Of a stretch of DNA of 64,000 bases, positions 63,862 to 64,000 are shown piece by piece; position 1 is the first letter of the stretch; each line of letters starts with the position of its first letter. The notes below the pieces were generated by a model. That model made no database searches. It was given only the letters and a program-made list of their open reading frames with translations, and was not told where the DNA came from. The stretch comes from an uncultured delta proteobacterium (GTDB lineage: Bacteria > Myxococcota > Myxococcia > Myxococcales > Myxococcaceae). Location of the stretch: assembly GCA_963771175.1 (NCBI GenBank), contig CAVYSY010000052.1:225834-289833 (forward strand). Reading direction: 5' to 3'. The position numbers and the translations under genes were made by a program.

Positions 63862-64000
63862 GAGCGAGGCGCTCCTGTGCTTGAACGGGTGGAACACCAA
63901 TCAAGCAAGCTTGGAGAGGCATCGCCAGAACGAAGATGCCAGGCGCATCACGCAAACGACCGCGCCGCGGAGACAGACACGCGGAGCGCAGAAATCCAGT

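Noticed and set aside
1..64000. Prophage, IS element or integrase
   Set aside because: No transposase, recombinase or phage structural motifs recognised; the amidase has no phage context

Overview
GC-rich window from what looks like a myxobacterial (Cystobacterineae-like) chromosome, judged from gene families and codon style. Many genes carry small frameshifts that are most likely assembly errors. 0-1.6 kb: Tox-REase-5/Imm52 toxin-immunity pair and a kinase C-terminal remnant. 1.9-10.9 kb: five-gene operon for a giant secreted Ig/beta-helix protein, three two-domain cupredoxin (multicopper oxidase-like) proteins and a lipoprotein. The copper ligands are split between the cupredoxin paralogs, suggesting a heteromeric oxidase; this is the strongest novelty candidate. 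12-23.5 kb: two paralogous DUF2380-type lipoprotein toxin loci (one behind a SitB-like beta-barrel gene; three immunity paralogs) flank a pseudokinase-HTH-kinase-DUF2381 cassette. 23.7-64 kb: mostly metabolic, envelope and regulatory genes, with a lone SLATT effector, a lipase-like/chaperone-like pair, a lower-GC Septu/PtuAB-like ATPase+HNH pair and a dGTPase. No rRNA, tRNA, CRISPR array, transposase or integrase was recognised. Family names come from motif recognition, not database searches.
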